A stretch of DNA of 64,000 bases from Iphione sp. A-MEVVRFRX5 (lineage: Eukaryota): positions 95,108,001-95,172,000 of the forward strand of contig OZ320314.1 in assembly GCA_976226885.1 (NCBI GenBank), given 5' to 3'. Below are positions 12,524-26,669 of the stretch, one piece after another; the stretch's first letter is position 1, and every line of letters begins with the position of its first letter. The position numbers and the translations under genes were made by a program. The notes under the pieces are model-generated. The model had not been told where the DNA came from. It saw nothing but the letters and a program-made list of their open reading frames with translations, and did not search any database.

Positions 12524-14079
12524 TAATTTGAGATAGAATGAAACACGCAAATTACAATATTTTCCTTTTCTTTGAATTGGAGCTGATGCATATGGTGTGG
12601 AACAGACAGATTGTATATACTGTCCGCAAATATTCTTATGGCCCATGAATCCTCGACCATGATACACAATGCCACAAATGAATACAATGTACATGTATGC
12701 CAGTCCCGAGGCATTATCAATATTGTTCAATAGAGAGCAAAATAAAGGCACATTATTTCTGCACGTTTATCACAATGAATTTGACAAGTGTGGAAGAATT
12801 GACTCAGGAAAGCAAACAAAAGAAGTAAATATAATTAGCATAGACGCCGCTTTTGATATGTATCATCGTTTATCGGAAAATTACATAAACAAAGGACTGA
12901 GGCGAACGGCAGCATCGTAGTGCATTTGGCTCTCAATCTTTATAGATGGTTAATGTACACCGTGCAATGGCTAATGCAGTTGATTTTCTATATCTCGTTC
13001 GAGCCATCATCTCCCTGGGAGTAGTAATATGCTGACTAGTCAAACTGATTCCTTTGAATGATACATTCAGAAATGCAATATAGATGACAGAAATATGTTT
13101 GGACCATATGCGCAACGTATCACGCTGTTACGAAATATAACAGACACAAGTTTTGGGTCGATTCTCCCCAGTGGACATTCCTTTCATGTGAGCTGAGGGT
13201 AGTCTGCTAAACGCCGTGTAGATTAGAGGTAGCCTGCTGTACCCCTACCTGCCGCTTGGGGCAGATTTGTCACTCTGTAGGGCGTGAACGCATTCGGGGG
13301 TGTATCCCATAACAACGCCACGGTGCTCCTGCAAGCAGCTGATGGGAAACAACAAGATAAGAGCATTTCGCTGTTAGCCCTGAACCCCCTGCAGAAGTGA
13401 TAACCTGCGGAGAAAGCAATGCTGCCGAATATCTACACCTTGAAGGGTGCATCGAGACGGGCTGTCAAGTGCCCCCATGCCGCAGATGGTATAAGGAGTT
13501 CATCTGACGACTAGAGTCAGTGCTGCATGCACCTTCGCTAGTCATGGGGGGAGGCTCAGATAGCGAAAAAAAAGTATACCTACAGGTAGTACGTGCGGAA
13601 ACGAAAAAAAAAATGAGTTCGCTGACGTAAATGTGGAAAAGAATGCAAATATGATATGTACGTATATTTATCAGTCTAGACCGAATTTAAAGAAATAGCA
13701 ACAGAAGCTGCACCCTCACAGCTTGATACCCGCACAAGATGTTAGTCATGTTGTGCAAATGCACAGGGCAATGGGCTACGTTATGTATGTTACAAGACAG
13801 TTGCTGTTACTGCAGACTCGCGAAAACCCTTGTAACCTATTTAAGACTGCAAAATGGTTGAAAGAATACTTGAGCCTCTGTCTGGTTACAAAGAATTACC
13901 CAGCTACTACTAACATATAACGGTACGATGGGAAGTCAGCAATATCATATGGGTGCAACATGGGGTTAAAAGAACAAAGAATCTCCTTATAGTTATTGTA
14001 GGAGAAGATCCAGTTCGTGCAGGTTTTCTCCACATGCGCAGTCAAACTAAGTTTTCGTTGTAGCAGAATCAGACACGGG

Positions 14080-14380
14080 AAGCGTCATGTTTACGTCACG
14101 AGAGTGGAAACGACACCCCTAATCCGGCCAGAACGCGGCGTGTGTTGAAATGCCGCACGCTCAATGATCGTCGTGGTGCACAAGAAGACGTCACGTGTTT
14201 ACGTCATAGCTGATCACATGACGTCCTCAAGGGTAACGCGCCATCCTCCGGCGGTGCCTGCAGCCCTTCTGGTTGCGATCGTTACGGTTTGCTTTTCGTG
14301 GTGGTCTGTGAAACGGTGTGTCCCGTGGAAAATTCGGAACAGCCGGCCCTGTCTGGCAAAAGTGAATGATCTCACGTGGT
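14080..14380. promoter_or_regulatory. CpG-rich cluster of CRE/ATF, forkhead and E-box motifs; candidate enhancer or promoter
   Basis: TGTTTACGTCA at 14088-14098 and 14196-14206, GACGTCA at 14187-14193, CACGTG at 14192-14197 and 14373-14378, TGACGTC at 14219-14225. Confidence 0.3.
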
Positions 14381-17300
14381 AAATAACATTGTCCGGCTTT
14401 GCGACTATAATGAGACGAAACGATGTAAATCTTTAAACTGACATGTCTAGACAGAGATGAATGACTCTGTGAGGGCCTTCAGTAGAAAACACTCCCATGA
14501 AGTCTGCCAAATATGCAGGATATTACAAACTTTTTAGCACACGACCCTAATATTACCAATAACGTGAGTGGTACCGTTTGCCTCGGGATACTAGTATACA
14601 CGTGGTATTGTTTGCTTATCTCGTGATACTGGGATATACATCACTTGTTTGGATACCGGTGTACTGAATAAGGATGAATTTGGGCCGGTAAATATGTACT
14701 TTGAATCTATTAATCATAGGACTAGCTACAGTTAGATTAGTTCTGAGAGATACAACCTACCCTCAGACCAAAGTGCATCACTCTTCCCTTAAAGAAGTAA
14801 ATCAGTTCACCGTTGTTCAAGACGTACGGCTGCTGCTCCATATAGCTTCTCCAATGTTAATCATCCGGAAGTTATCTCCCTCTGTTTGTCAAAGAGAAGT
14901 TCCTCCAGTTGAAGAATAAAGGTTTCCAGGAATATATATGTCTCCCTCAATAATACGGATTCGCTTGTCGCAGAGATACAGACTGATATGGATCAGTACA
15001 AAATAAAACGTAATCAACATAACATAAATATTTCTAGATGCAGAGTGCCCTGATATTTAGAGTTGGCTGTACATGCATGCAGGAGACACTGTGAATTGAA
15101 AGTCTATCCTGTCGAACTAATACGTCTTCTCAACGATAGTGATTAAATATTGAGAGAAAATGACAAGGTAAACTAAGGAAAGCTTCTATAACTTCATGGA
15201 ATTACGGCTATTTTTCATGGTTTTCACAGTAGCAAATCCATCTGCAAAGTGTAATACGTGTAACTATAAAATTCCTTCTCATGCGAAAGATTTCTAGAAT
15301 CATGTGCAAGGATTCGTGAAAGGTTACTTCTCTTCTGCGCAAATAGGACTGAAAGATAAGGCAGATTTTTGTTTCCGTGAAGAAAATAAATCAGCTTTTG
15401 TCTTTACATCTATAGCCAATAGTGACTGGAGCCCGGCGATCCCCTAGGTATACGTATTAGCACAAAGTAGAATTTAGACAGTATGGGCATATAGGTTCTT
15501 CTTAAGTTTATTTCCTGCGGCTCGGTGGACACTGCATTATATCTCATATTCAGGGGTCAAAGGTCAGCCAGCCTTATCACAAGGTGGCACGAAGATCTCC
15601 CTCTACCTTGAGCAGTCAATTATGAGCTGCTCGGAGGAAGGCTGAACTGTTTGAGGATAGGGTTTCTCTCACCCTCAACCCCATGAGACTCGATCATCCG
15701 CGCCTAAGAAACCTCCCTGTTGGCAGGTTGGCGCACACAGGAGGACCAGTGCCTGTGAGGCTTGTCAGAGACGGGAGTTTATAAGATGAGGTCCGGCAGA
15801 TGTGGGCAATAAAAACACCGCCTACCAACCGTTCATGTCGCAGTACCACATATAAGAATAAAAAGAGAGCTTTAGTATGTCTTGATAAATTACACTTTTT
15901 TTAATTATCGTGCCAGACAATAGAGGGTGGAGAGTGGCATAATGAAAATTAATAAATCTGTTTTCAGCTTTAGATAGGCTTGCACATGTTGTATGAGATT
16001 AGGTTAGGCTGCAATAATCAATTTGAGCTATACGTAGATCATTAGTTACGCCAAATGAGATTTACACTTTATTTTTGGCCAGAGTATTTACAGTAGAAAA
16101 TGAAATCAAACAGGAAAGTACCAGAGTGAAATAAGCTGTCAGCTTGAAAGTTCGCTAGAAAATTGTCTCTGCTAGGAAGTAACGAGACACATTCATTAAA
16201 AAAAAGATCTTCAAAGAGACTCGTATGGAAGACATTGGACAGGAGCAGCTGGGCAATGAGCAGCTCCAGAGATATATCCAGACTAGGACTCTTTAAAGAA
16301 GGGGCGCCAGCTGTCAGCGCAGTTCTTACGGGGCCTTCGAAGTTGGTTAATGAAAGCATTCCTCAGTAGAGACACGTGAGCGCCGCCCCTTAGCCAGCGC
16401 CCTTCGTGTTTGTATGTGTGCATACATATGTCCGCTTGTGCGGCTGTGTTGGATAGGCGGGAGATGAGAGGGTGGGTGGGGGACAGGGGTTGTTAAGACG
16501 TAGTGGTGGCGATGGGTGGGTACGTACTGGTGGTGGCGGATATCCCTCACAACCGTCGGTCTACGTCGTATAGACCGGCTCCAAAAGAACTGCAGCAGCC
16601 GTAGAAGCCCAGGCCTCGTCGTCGATTGCGATTGCTGCCTGCGGCTTGTAGCAGCCCAGTGCGTGTGATCACCGTGCCGGACTCTCCAGAGACGCCATCA
16701 TTAGAGGAGGCACTGGCCTCTTGGGGGCCGCCAGGGGAGACAGCGGGGCGTCGAAAGGCACTAAACAGCCTGGCCGCACTTCAAGTACTCACCTATCTGA
16801 GTAACGTCTTGAAAGACATCAAACTTTGATATGGCGTACTTCTGTCTCGCTATAGTGTAAAAACTAGGTGTGTATTCCCGGACGTTAGTTCGTCTTGAGA
16901 TCTCGCCTTTCTTACTTTCTGTGCCTTTCGATCAACAGTTTTCCTCTTTGATTCTAATTCTATCGTTGGTAACGATAATTTGCTTTATCAACTCTGCTTC
17001 CGTGTCAGTGCCATACCTGTTTATAAGAAGTGGGCACTACTTCAGAGGTTCAATTTCTATGGCTGAATTGGATAAGCTCTAGCCGCAACCTTTCAAAATT
17101 TAAACGCTTATTTTTGCTGTCAAGTGTCTGTAACAAACACATCAAGATGGCGTATATTTCAAAACCTTCCACATGTCTATTTATATGGTGTTCCTCCTGA
17201 GAGAGAAAAGCTTATAAAGTGTAAATGAAAAACACAAGTGAAGTCTAAAAGATGATCCTGATCCAATTTTGTAGGAAAGGAAATCCCCTCAACCCCTCGC

Positions 17301-17732
17301 GTCTCCTAAAACTGAAACAGGCGCGCGCGGACGAAGACTCCCTGATATAGTGAACATGGCTCAGCACATGCCAAGGTGAAGATTTAATGATACAGGGGCA
17401 TTCAACCATAGAGCTTGAAACAACACTCATTTGCCTGTTTGCAGTGTCAGATTTATTGGAGCCGGGTTATATTTCCCTGGCATGTTACTAGTTCCCCTCC
17501 CCTTTCCAACCCAGAACCCTTGGTGGCTCTCAGCGGCTGACGGACCGTTGTTGGCGGCTGTCGGGGTCCGCTGTCCGTGTCAGTTCACCTCCATACCTGC
17601 CCTGTGCTGTCGGCTGCCAGTCTTTGAGGTGTCTTCCGCCACCCCGGCGCCGCACCCCAACAGTCGAGTTGGGGGGATTGTGTATACTGTCAGTCCCAGT
17701 TCTTCCCTACCTCCCCCCCGACCCCCCCCCTC

Positions 17733-17761
<29 letters not shown>
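17733..17761. repeat. (CA)n microsatellite preceded by a C-rich run
   Basis: Direct reading. Confidence 0.95.
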
Positions 17762-17765
<4 letters not shown>

Positions 17766-20700
17766 GAGCATGCGCAACCAGCTGACATGACGTGACGGGC
17801 GCTGACGTGAACAAGTGAGGTGAGCCGGGGGTTGGGGGGAGATGTAGGAGTTGCGGTCGTGAGCCTTCTGACAGGCCAGATATATCTGGATACGATATGA
17901 ACAACCCTATCTGTATGTCACTCAATTATCGGCCACCTTCTGAAAATATGTTCCTATTTGCAGCCAAGCTTATCTACTTTGTGGGTCTTTACATCTGCAT
18001 CAGTATATCTTTTCCGAACCGAAATTCATACTCCCTTTTATCTCGGCTGCTTTCCGTATCCGCTTTCACGATTTTTCCCCGTAGTGCTTCCTGTTGTGAT
18101 TAAGGCTTCACTTTGTTTTGGGAAGGAACATATTCGAGAGGCAATGTTTTACGTTTATGTGCGTGGATGTTAGCGTATGCACATGTGAACTGTGTGTCTG
18201 TTTGCCTGTCGCCTTACGTCTGGGCTACGTCCAAACCCATGTTGTGACGTCATCTGGCTGTGATCACGTGCAACACTTAAACCGATCCATGGAGCCTTCT
18301 TATCTACCGAGGATAATTTTTCTCGTGTCGCCTGAGCAGATATACGGAAAATGGCAAAAAAGAAAGATATCCACAACCTCATCCTGGCGATGTTGAGCTT
18401 GGATGAATCTAAATCCCCTCACATCTTCTTTTAATTGAATTTAAAAAGAGTGATTCCCGCGGTACATATCGATTCAAAGTCCATCGTGCTGGCCCCTGCC
18501 TTTGGAAGTTGTATTAAGTTCATGGTTTTAAAATGCATCCTAATGTTCGTGTTTTTCGTTAGTGACATGTTAGCATATGTTGGCCAGACACTAATTTCAC
18601 TCAACATCAGGATTCTCACTTTTTCCCCGTGTCGTAGGGCAATATATCTTCGACTTAACACATGTGAGCATTGTTCATAAGTTCAAAGAGGGAAATCTAA
18701 AACCACACAAATCTGTGCCTGATTTTCTCTCTGTATTTCCAACTTTCCCAGAGAATGACGCAGGGTTGGTTTAAAGTTTGCTGCATATTAATTCTTTTGC
18801 TATTACATTTCACATTTATTGTATCTTTCACGGTGTCTGTCATGCTCTATTGCTGTTTACCACAAATGTTGCTCCCTTACTGCAAAATAGTCAGTACTAT
18901 GCGTTCATTGTTTGATATAGAACTGAGATCATTGCGTGTACCGAAACATTAAGCTGGTCCGAAATAGGCATTAACGTTGCTTCTCAATCGTACCTGGGTT
19001 AGTCATATATCAACGTCTTGTGTGTGTTCATTACTGTATTATTTTTTTTCATTATTTATAATTCGCATCGTTTACTGTTCACTGGAAGACCTCTTTGTAC
19101 GCTGTAACGCATGGAGAAGCGAATAAAATACATTCAAATTTAAATTCAATTTTTATCAACTAAGGACTTGGCGCATCCTGTGAAAGGTTTTTTGCTGTAT
19201 GTAAAGCTTCCCTTTAGCTGCATAGGTATGGCACATGACCAGTTAACCCAGGTAGCCATGTTTGATTACGGGGACAAGCTCTTGCAGGATTACGCTTGGC
19301 TCCGAGAACGGATTAGCATTAACAAGCAAATTTTGTTGCGTCCAGTAAGAGTTAACAAAGGATGAGAAACATTTGCAGTTCAATTTTTTTCCTTGGAGTG
19401 AGTCATCATTACGGGGGAGGGGGCTATTGCTGTGTATTGACCCAGAGGCTCTTAAGACAGCAATAGAACAAATCAATATTAATGATCATATATAACAAAG
19501 GACAGCATTCAGATTATTCCCTTCTCAATACATAAAAAAAGAAATGTGGAACAAAAATACGCATCGATACCTCTTGCATTCAGAGGGATGTTACTCCACC
19601 CAACGCTTCCTTATCGTAGAGAGACTGAAAGTGGTCTTATTGGAATACTTTGCTTTTGCAAGGGATTGCTTCGAAGAAATAAAACATTAAAACTCTACAA
19701 ACTCTCTCACATGCCCTTAAAAGTAACCTTGGATGACAAATGGAGACAACTGGGACAACGGTAGTTCCTACGACTGCTAACACACACACACAAACACACA
19801 AAGGTGTGTATATTTATTGAAACGTACTGGATCGGCTGGATGGGATCGTCTGCCCGTTCACTCCTTGGCCTGGTGAAAGCTGCCGAGGAGCAGCTCCCAC
19901 TGTGTTGAGCAGCTCGCCAGGCGGCCTGGAAACCAGTCGAAAATAAAGACCCTGCCTTGTCCATCAGCAAGTTTGCCCACGTACAGAAGCGGCGGAGCGG
20001 GCAGTGGGTTTAGCCGGTGTAACGCGCTCCTTTGGCTAATATTAAAAGCTATTCCCCTGGACACATCTGAAGATATCTTTGAAACACTTCGACTTAAATT
20101 CTCCGGAACAAAAAAAGGTGGACTGAGAGAAACTTTACAGAAAATATAGGGTAGCTAACTGCATTAGCTATTTTAAGGACCACGTCCTGAAGAAGTAGGC
20201 CATCTAGATTTGAAGTGCATTGACAAGTGTGTACTTTGATGTGGGATGTTGTTAATGCGTGTATATAAGTCCAATGCGTACAATAAGAAGTAGGGCAAAA
20301 TGTGGTGGTATATTACCAAAGGTTTACCATTCTGAAGGTTTGTTCATCTGCAGTGAAATAGGCTTTATCCTTGTCTCCCTCTAATGAATGCTAAAAGGAT
20401 CATTTTCTCTGTTTACCTTATCATCTGTTCAGTCAGCACTTGTTTTCAACTGGACATTTTATATTGAATGATCTACCTGCTACAGTAACAAAACTAGACA
20501 TTGTTATCGGCAGGCTTGTTCTGTAGTAGCCTGTTTACAACATTCATATCTAGGAAATGTCTGTCATAGGTGTACTCAACATATCGCAACATAATGGTGG
20601 GCTAATAAAATGCAGCTCAGAAACGGCGACGGCAAAGTGCATCAGATAGAACGTAAACTAATACGTACATGTTTAGAAATCACTACGTAAGCACATTTCT

Positions 20701-23524
20701 CATCACCCTTATGGGTTTTTTTTCTCAGGAACCTTGGAAAGACGGTACAGAAAATAACCATAATATGCTTTCTGTCTACCATGGATCATTGCAAAAAAAA
20801 GATCTGCCTGATTCTCTGATTATAAATGCTTGGTTTTCAGATAAGTAGTTCAGTTCAGTTCAATGACTTGAAGTATGCGAATCACGCAGCGGGAGATTCC
20901 TTCCCGGCTGCGTTCGATGGGATTTTCGACTGCCGCTTTGACATAGGTCTCGCAAGAGGGAAGTTTAGAAGAAAAAAGGTGCGGCCCGTTAGAATAGGCA
21001 TCAACATCATTTTGGAGCCAAGGCCTGCCTCAGGGCGATATGAGGAAAGGTGGTGGCACGCACCACCAGGAGCAAAGCCCTGAGCGCCAATGTTAAAAGG
21101 GGGAGAATCTAAAACAGCGGAAAGAAGCGGCTGAAATAGATGCGACTTTCAGACGTTAGGGGACGACTGACGTGAGGCGCTTGTTAGAAGGAAAAACATT
21201 GGGCTGTCCTTACCATTTTTATCTTTGCAGCTGGTTTGTAGCCTGTATTGTGAAGAGTTAAAAAAACACAACCTTTTGTAGGGAAGCTGGGCGGCTAGGA
21301 TGGACTTTGGTATGAGATGGTAGTAGATACAGCCTCTTCCTCTCACCCATCGCTTGGCTTCTGCTGTCAACGGCCCAAGTACTTCGCTGTAAATGTTTTT
21401 GAAACGTGTTAAAGAAAACAGCGGCTTTGTTTTGTCCACTGGAGCTATTGTTTATCCTAGTGCTTCTAACCCTGGATGTTAACCGCCTTAAACATCGCTG
21501 GTCGTAGGAAAACACTTCAAACAATCATCAACTACTCTGTCTTAGCTTACGTAATCCGGACATTAATACCATGTATAAAGTACACGAGTACTGCCTAGTC
21601 TAGTCGCTTAGCTCTTCATGGGCAACAGCGTTTTCTTTTTTTAACTAGCCCGGGAGCAGGATTCTTGGTCCGTCGCGACCTTCCCAAAGGATTGTGATAA
21701 ACGGCTGTTGACGGTAATGGCCCGTAGATTAAGTGAGTGGACTGGGCAGACCGACCCGATGGCAAGCGCCAGATAAGACTATGTTCGTGAACTTTCGCCA
21801 CCCTTGTTCCTATTTCCTTCCGCCGCCGCTTATGTCTTGTCGTGGACGACATACTCTATGCACAGTGACCATGCACCCCAACTCCACACACATGCACACA
21901 CACGCACACACGCACACACATATACATCTTTCATCTTACCGGTCGTCTAAAAATGATCGCCATCGTCTCGAACGAGACAAGTTATCTCATTATTATCAGC
22001 AAAGAATGTCTCCTTAACTTCTTCAACCTCCATGAACCAATGCCACCACAACCGATGTGCAGTCTTGGGGACCACCATCTCGTTAGACAGAGGCAACCAC
22101 TATCAAAGCGATAAACCAATAATCCCCTCCCCAGCGGCCATGCGCTCCATTAACTAACACCAATACTCTCCTCGCTGAGTACAATCATCACTAATGAGAA
22201 CGAATAACACCAGCTCACTAACTGGCTCAGTAACAGTTCACCACAGACAGCACAGTAAAATACTGCGCACGATATTCCCAAGAAGCACATAAGCTTCCTT
22301 CCACGTCATTTCAGCTATTTATAAAGTACATTTCCAATTTATCTGGCCGCTAGCATAATGTATATGTGGATATGATGCTGTGAAGCCTTCACATCTTGTT
22401 CCCTGTTATGGGATAATTTCTTGTATCTCAGCAGTCTTCTAGCCCCAGGGTCTGCTACTATCATTTCATCGCATCCATCTCAGCTGCCATCCACAGCGAT
22501 CATCATCATTACCTCGTAGGCCGGTACACCTGCGACTAAATCTTCAATTCTGAGCCAGATCATCTAGTTATATGCAAAAGACTAAAAGTATTTGCTTACA
22601 GAGACGGTTTAATCATATATAGATCTGTAAAACCATAAGGTTACAGAGGCGTCCTTAAATATTCAGTGGTTTCGACTATGTAACGAAAATATTGTACTTC
22701 AGGACAGACCAAAATTCGCAAAGAGCAGGAATCAGAACAGAATTCTAAAGAACAGAATTCCGTCCCCCTATATTTAGAAAATTGGTACACCAAAACCTGA
22801 CTCACATCTAAGTGCATTGTCCCGGGTTCTGATCAGAACACAGAGACAAAGAGAACGTTTCAACAATAGCCAATTCAGCCTATGATTAGTACATGTATAT
22901 GTCTCGTACCAAATAATGACTGTGCATCAGAAATGCAGTCAACTTTACTCGCAGGGTATTGGAATCATTGAGATAAGAATGAATTGCACTCCTATGTGCT
23001 CTGTTTCCATGTGCACATTATACACGTGAGGCATGTAAGCATGTAGTATGCATGTTTTTGTAAATACACGAATAAACACACGTTTCCATGTATGTGTGTA
23101 GCATGTAGCATGTCCCATTTTCCATGGAAACATGGTCATGTTCTCATGAAGAATGGTAGTAAAATATCTATACTAGGCATGTTTGCTGCAGAAAACTACA
23201 TAATTCTGTACATTACCACACAAATCCATGCATTCTTGCACAGGTTCTTGTGATTTTTGCTGTTTTTTGGCCAAATTTACCTGAATTTCGCTGTTTTCTA
23301 CCATTTTTCAGCCAAAAGTGCCTTACATTTGCCTAGTTTCAGGCCAATTTGCTTTCTTATTGGCTAATTTGCACTATTTTTCCACGTTTTCACAGGCGAA
23401 AAACACCACATGCATGGAAACAGTCTCTCTGTGCTTCCTGTTGGTTCAGTAATTATCAGATTAAAAAAGCACGGTCTTACAAACATGGCCCACACCTACA
23501 TGCATGCATGGAAACCAAGAATAA

Positions 23525-23833
23525 GGCCGTGTTTACATGCATCTGTACAAAATATCTGTCTACGGATCCGTACTCATAGTAAACCTCCTGCTGTGTTTAT
23601 TCTAAGGCCTTCCATATGTAATACCAGAAGTTTTTTCTACTTCTGGAGCCTCTGAGAAACAGATGGAGGTCCATAAAACATCTGTCACTGACAGATCTGA
23701 AAATGTATCCGGATCCAGATCCGTTTTGAAACAGAGGCATGTGAACAGCTTAGTACAAGTACTATGGTTAGATAAAATACGTCTACATCTACATGTCCGT
23801 TTTCAAATAATACGGATGAATCTGAACACAGCC
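23525..23833. mobile_element. PIF/Harbinger-like MITE, similar to family B
   Basis: Imperfect TIR GGCCGTGTTTACAT / ATCTGAACACAGCC, TAA on both flanks, and shared internal motifs (ACGGATCCGTA, CTACATGT) with 34339-34668. Confidence 0.6.
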
Positions 23834-24310
23834 TAAGGCTGGGTGACCATGTTCGCCATGACGCCATGTTGTTTCCACGAAGAATGGTTTTAAGAACCCT
23901 TTTCTATGACCTTACCATTACCATCATGCAATGTCATCGGGTTGAAGTCTGATATAGGGTCAATTCAAATTTCAACCTCTGAGCCCAGGTCAAAGACATC
24001 TCCACACATCCCATCATTACTCAACCCCTGATCTCTCCAGTGCCTTTTATTGATCAATTTAGCTATATTCACCCTCTCTGGTCCATCAACATCCCATTTC
24101 TCAATTACATTGTTTCATATGTATTTTTTTAACTGAAATCATTTTTTTTATTATTTACTGTGTGGTTAAGGAATTACAAACCACATCGGACCATAAAGGA
24201 CTTTTTTGGAAACACAAAAACTCCTTATAAGTTGCTTAGACAATGAAGGGACCAGTCTAATGAACTGGTGCCCACCTTGAGTATTTATGGTAATTTATAC
24301 CCAGTAGAGA

Positions 24311-24346
24311 CATGCCTGATGAGCTCTGAAGAGCGAAACCCTGTTA
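24311..24346 (+). ncRNA. Hammerhead-ribozyme-like core (Penelope/retrozyme type), probably degenerate
   Basis: CTGATGA (24316-24322), stem II GCTC-tgaa-GAGC (24323-24334), GAAAC (24335-24339), then AATAAA. Stem I pairing is not evident. Confidence 0.45.
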
Positions 24347-25467
24347 GAGAATAAACATGAAACAATTAATCTTAGTGTTTCATTTTCTCTAAGACCTCCA
24401 TTATAACGTAATATATCTCAGGAACTATATCCTGTCAACAAATCTCCCTAAGCAACAGGACAGGAGGCATGACTACAACATTCTTTGTGCCATAACAGGG
24501 TACTTTAATTCTCTCTAGCACAACAGGTCACTCAGTTTTCTCCTGTTTTTGAACTGTATATAGGCTCCATCTGACAGCCCCATTCTTTAGTTCTGATAGT
24601 AGTCCAGCTGTCACAATAATACACTGTAGCTATTTAGCACTTATAAATATCAATACACTGTATATTAAATGTCTTGCTTTCAATAGTACTTTATTTGCTT
24701 ATAACACTACTGTGTTTTATATTACAGTATAATAAATACACTGTTTGTCATGATGTAGTAGAAAATAACTTAATATAACATGTATGGATATAATTTGTCC
24801 TGATATGAATGGTATATCATGGTATGTTTATGTTACAGTCTATTGTAGTATAATAGTCTAGTACTAGTGTTAAGTTAATTCATAAACTAAAACTAGCAGT
24901 ATAGATTACTAGCACAGTACCATTATTTGACACTAGACCTTATCACGCTCAACATAAAACTACCTGTTCTTTTGTTTTGAAGGATTATAATGAGACTAAT
25001 AACCAATTTATCCTCTTTCATGACAGAATGTGTTTTCATTGTAGTTGCTATGGGAATCTGGACCTTATATACAATACATGTACACAATTTTCAGAGTAAA
25101 TAAACGTATTAAAAAGATTATGTGATATTAATCATATAATGTAGACATTCCCAGGAGAATGACAGTACTGCCAATATTTTACCGCCATTCTCTAAGTGTG
25201 TACGTTGGGGTTTGAGGCGGGTGAGAAGTTATACAAATCTCAATCCTCTGTTAAATCGTTGTCCAAACAGGCATGTGATATTGATTTGAGTAGACTTGGG
25301 TGGGTGGTAAATAAAATTGATAAGATACACAGGTAGTGCACTTGTCCTCACTTTGAAAATGTACGTATGTAGTCAAAGGGCAATTACAGTCGATTCTGCT
25401 TGAAAACGAATGTGACCACATTGTAGACACCCCAAAGTAATAGTCACACCTAAGCAGATACAATGTA

Positions 25468-26669
25468 GGGGAAGGATGTGTAATTTGGACCCCCGAGAAA
25501 AATATGCTCTAAAAAGCAAAATGTCTAAGCCAGTGTCCAAATACTTTGCTTATTTTGAAGCAATAGGGGCTGCAGCATATTTCAACAGACTGGGAGAATC
25601 TTAGTCAGATTAGTCTTTGAGTAAAATGCAATTGACAATTTTTTATAACTGGTACAGTTTACCCAACAGGGAGGGTAAATTGGACCAGGTGCCATAGTCT
25701 GCTCAGTCAGGTGTAAAATGAATCTAGATCCTAGAAATGTAAGTCCCATGAACAACAGCATGGCTTTGAAAGGTTTTGGACACTATTAGTTGTGATGCCA
25801 ATGAACTTTGTGACTTCTACCATCAAAATATTCATTTGACAAGATAACCTCTCAGGCCTAAAAAGCTCCTTGCACTAGTGACAGGAGCTTTGTTGATGAC
25901 CTTCTTTAACACTCAGGCAGATTACCACACATCTATACCAGTTGTCTTGTCATTAAAAGTCCAAAATATGTTAAAACCAAAAGTAAATAAATAAAAACCA
26001 ATAAATGTTTCTCTATTTATTTTTTTAAAATGATGCCTTTCATTTCAATAAAAAAATACTTACAGTAGAAAAAGGTACATCATGGAGTTCCATAAACTTG
26101 CACTACATTTACTGTCTTAGTTCAAAATAGATTGGCTTCATGTGATAGCTCCATGTTGAGACCAAATACAGATACCACAAGGTTTCTCTAAAGCCTGCTT
26201 AACAGATAAAAGAAAAGGTAATGGTTGTGTAGGTAGATTGGACTGAGTCAGGTAGTTTAATTAGTTGTCCAATATACCCTCCCTATAGTGGTCCAATTTA
26301 CCCACATACCAATCCACAGGAAAAATGGTTTCCTCTCATTATTGTGTAGATGACAGAGACTAAACTTGGTGTTAGTATTGCTTCTGAGTGAGACAGTATT
26401 GATATAAAGTTATGATAGGGGTCTATGTACTTTCTGCTCACAACTACATTGCCAAATATGATTAGTAAAATTAGATCAGTGACACATAAAACCAATAATG
26501 TTTCACAGCTTGGCATATGTTTTTTTGAAGCCACCATATTTTAGTTCTGAGACATTGTATAGTTATATCACTTGTTATTAGATGGTGTCTATATTCCTTC
26601 CTTGCCTGAAAATCAGAGATCTTGATGTGGTTCAATTTACCCAATGGTCCCAATTACCCACCTTTCCCC
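25468..26669. mobile_element. Non-autonomous Tc1/mariner-pogo-like DNA transposon
   Basis: Imperfect TIR GGGGAAGGATGTGTAATTTGGACC / GGTCCCAATTACCCACCTTTCCCC, flanked by TA within a TGTACA-type target. Internal subterminal repeats (GGTCCAATTTACCC / GGGTAAATTGGACC). Confidence 0.6.
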
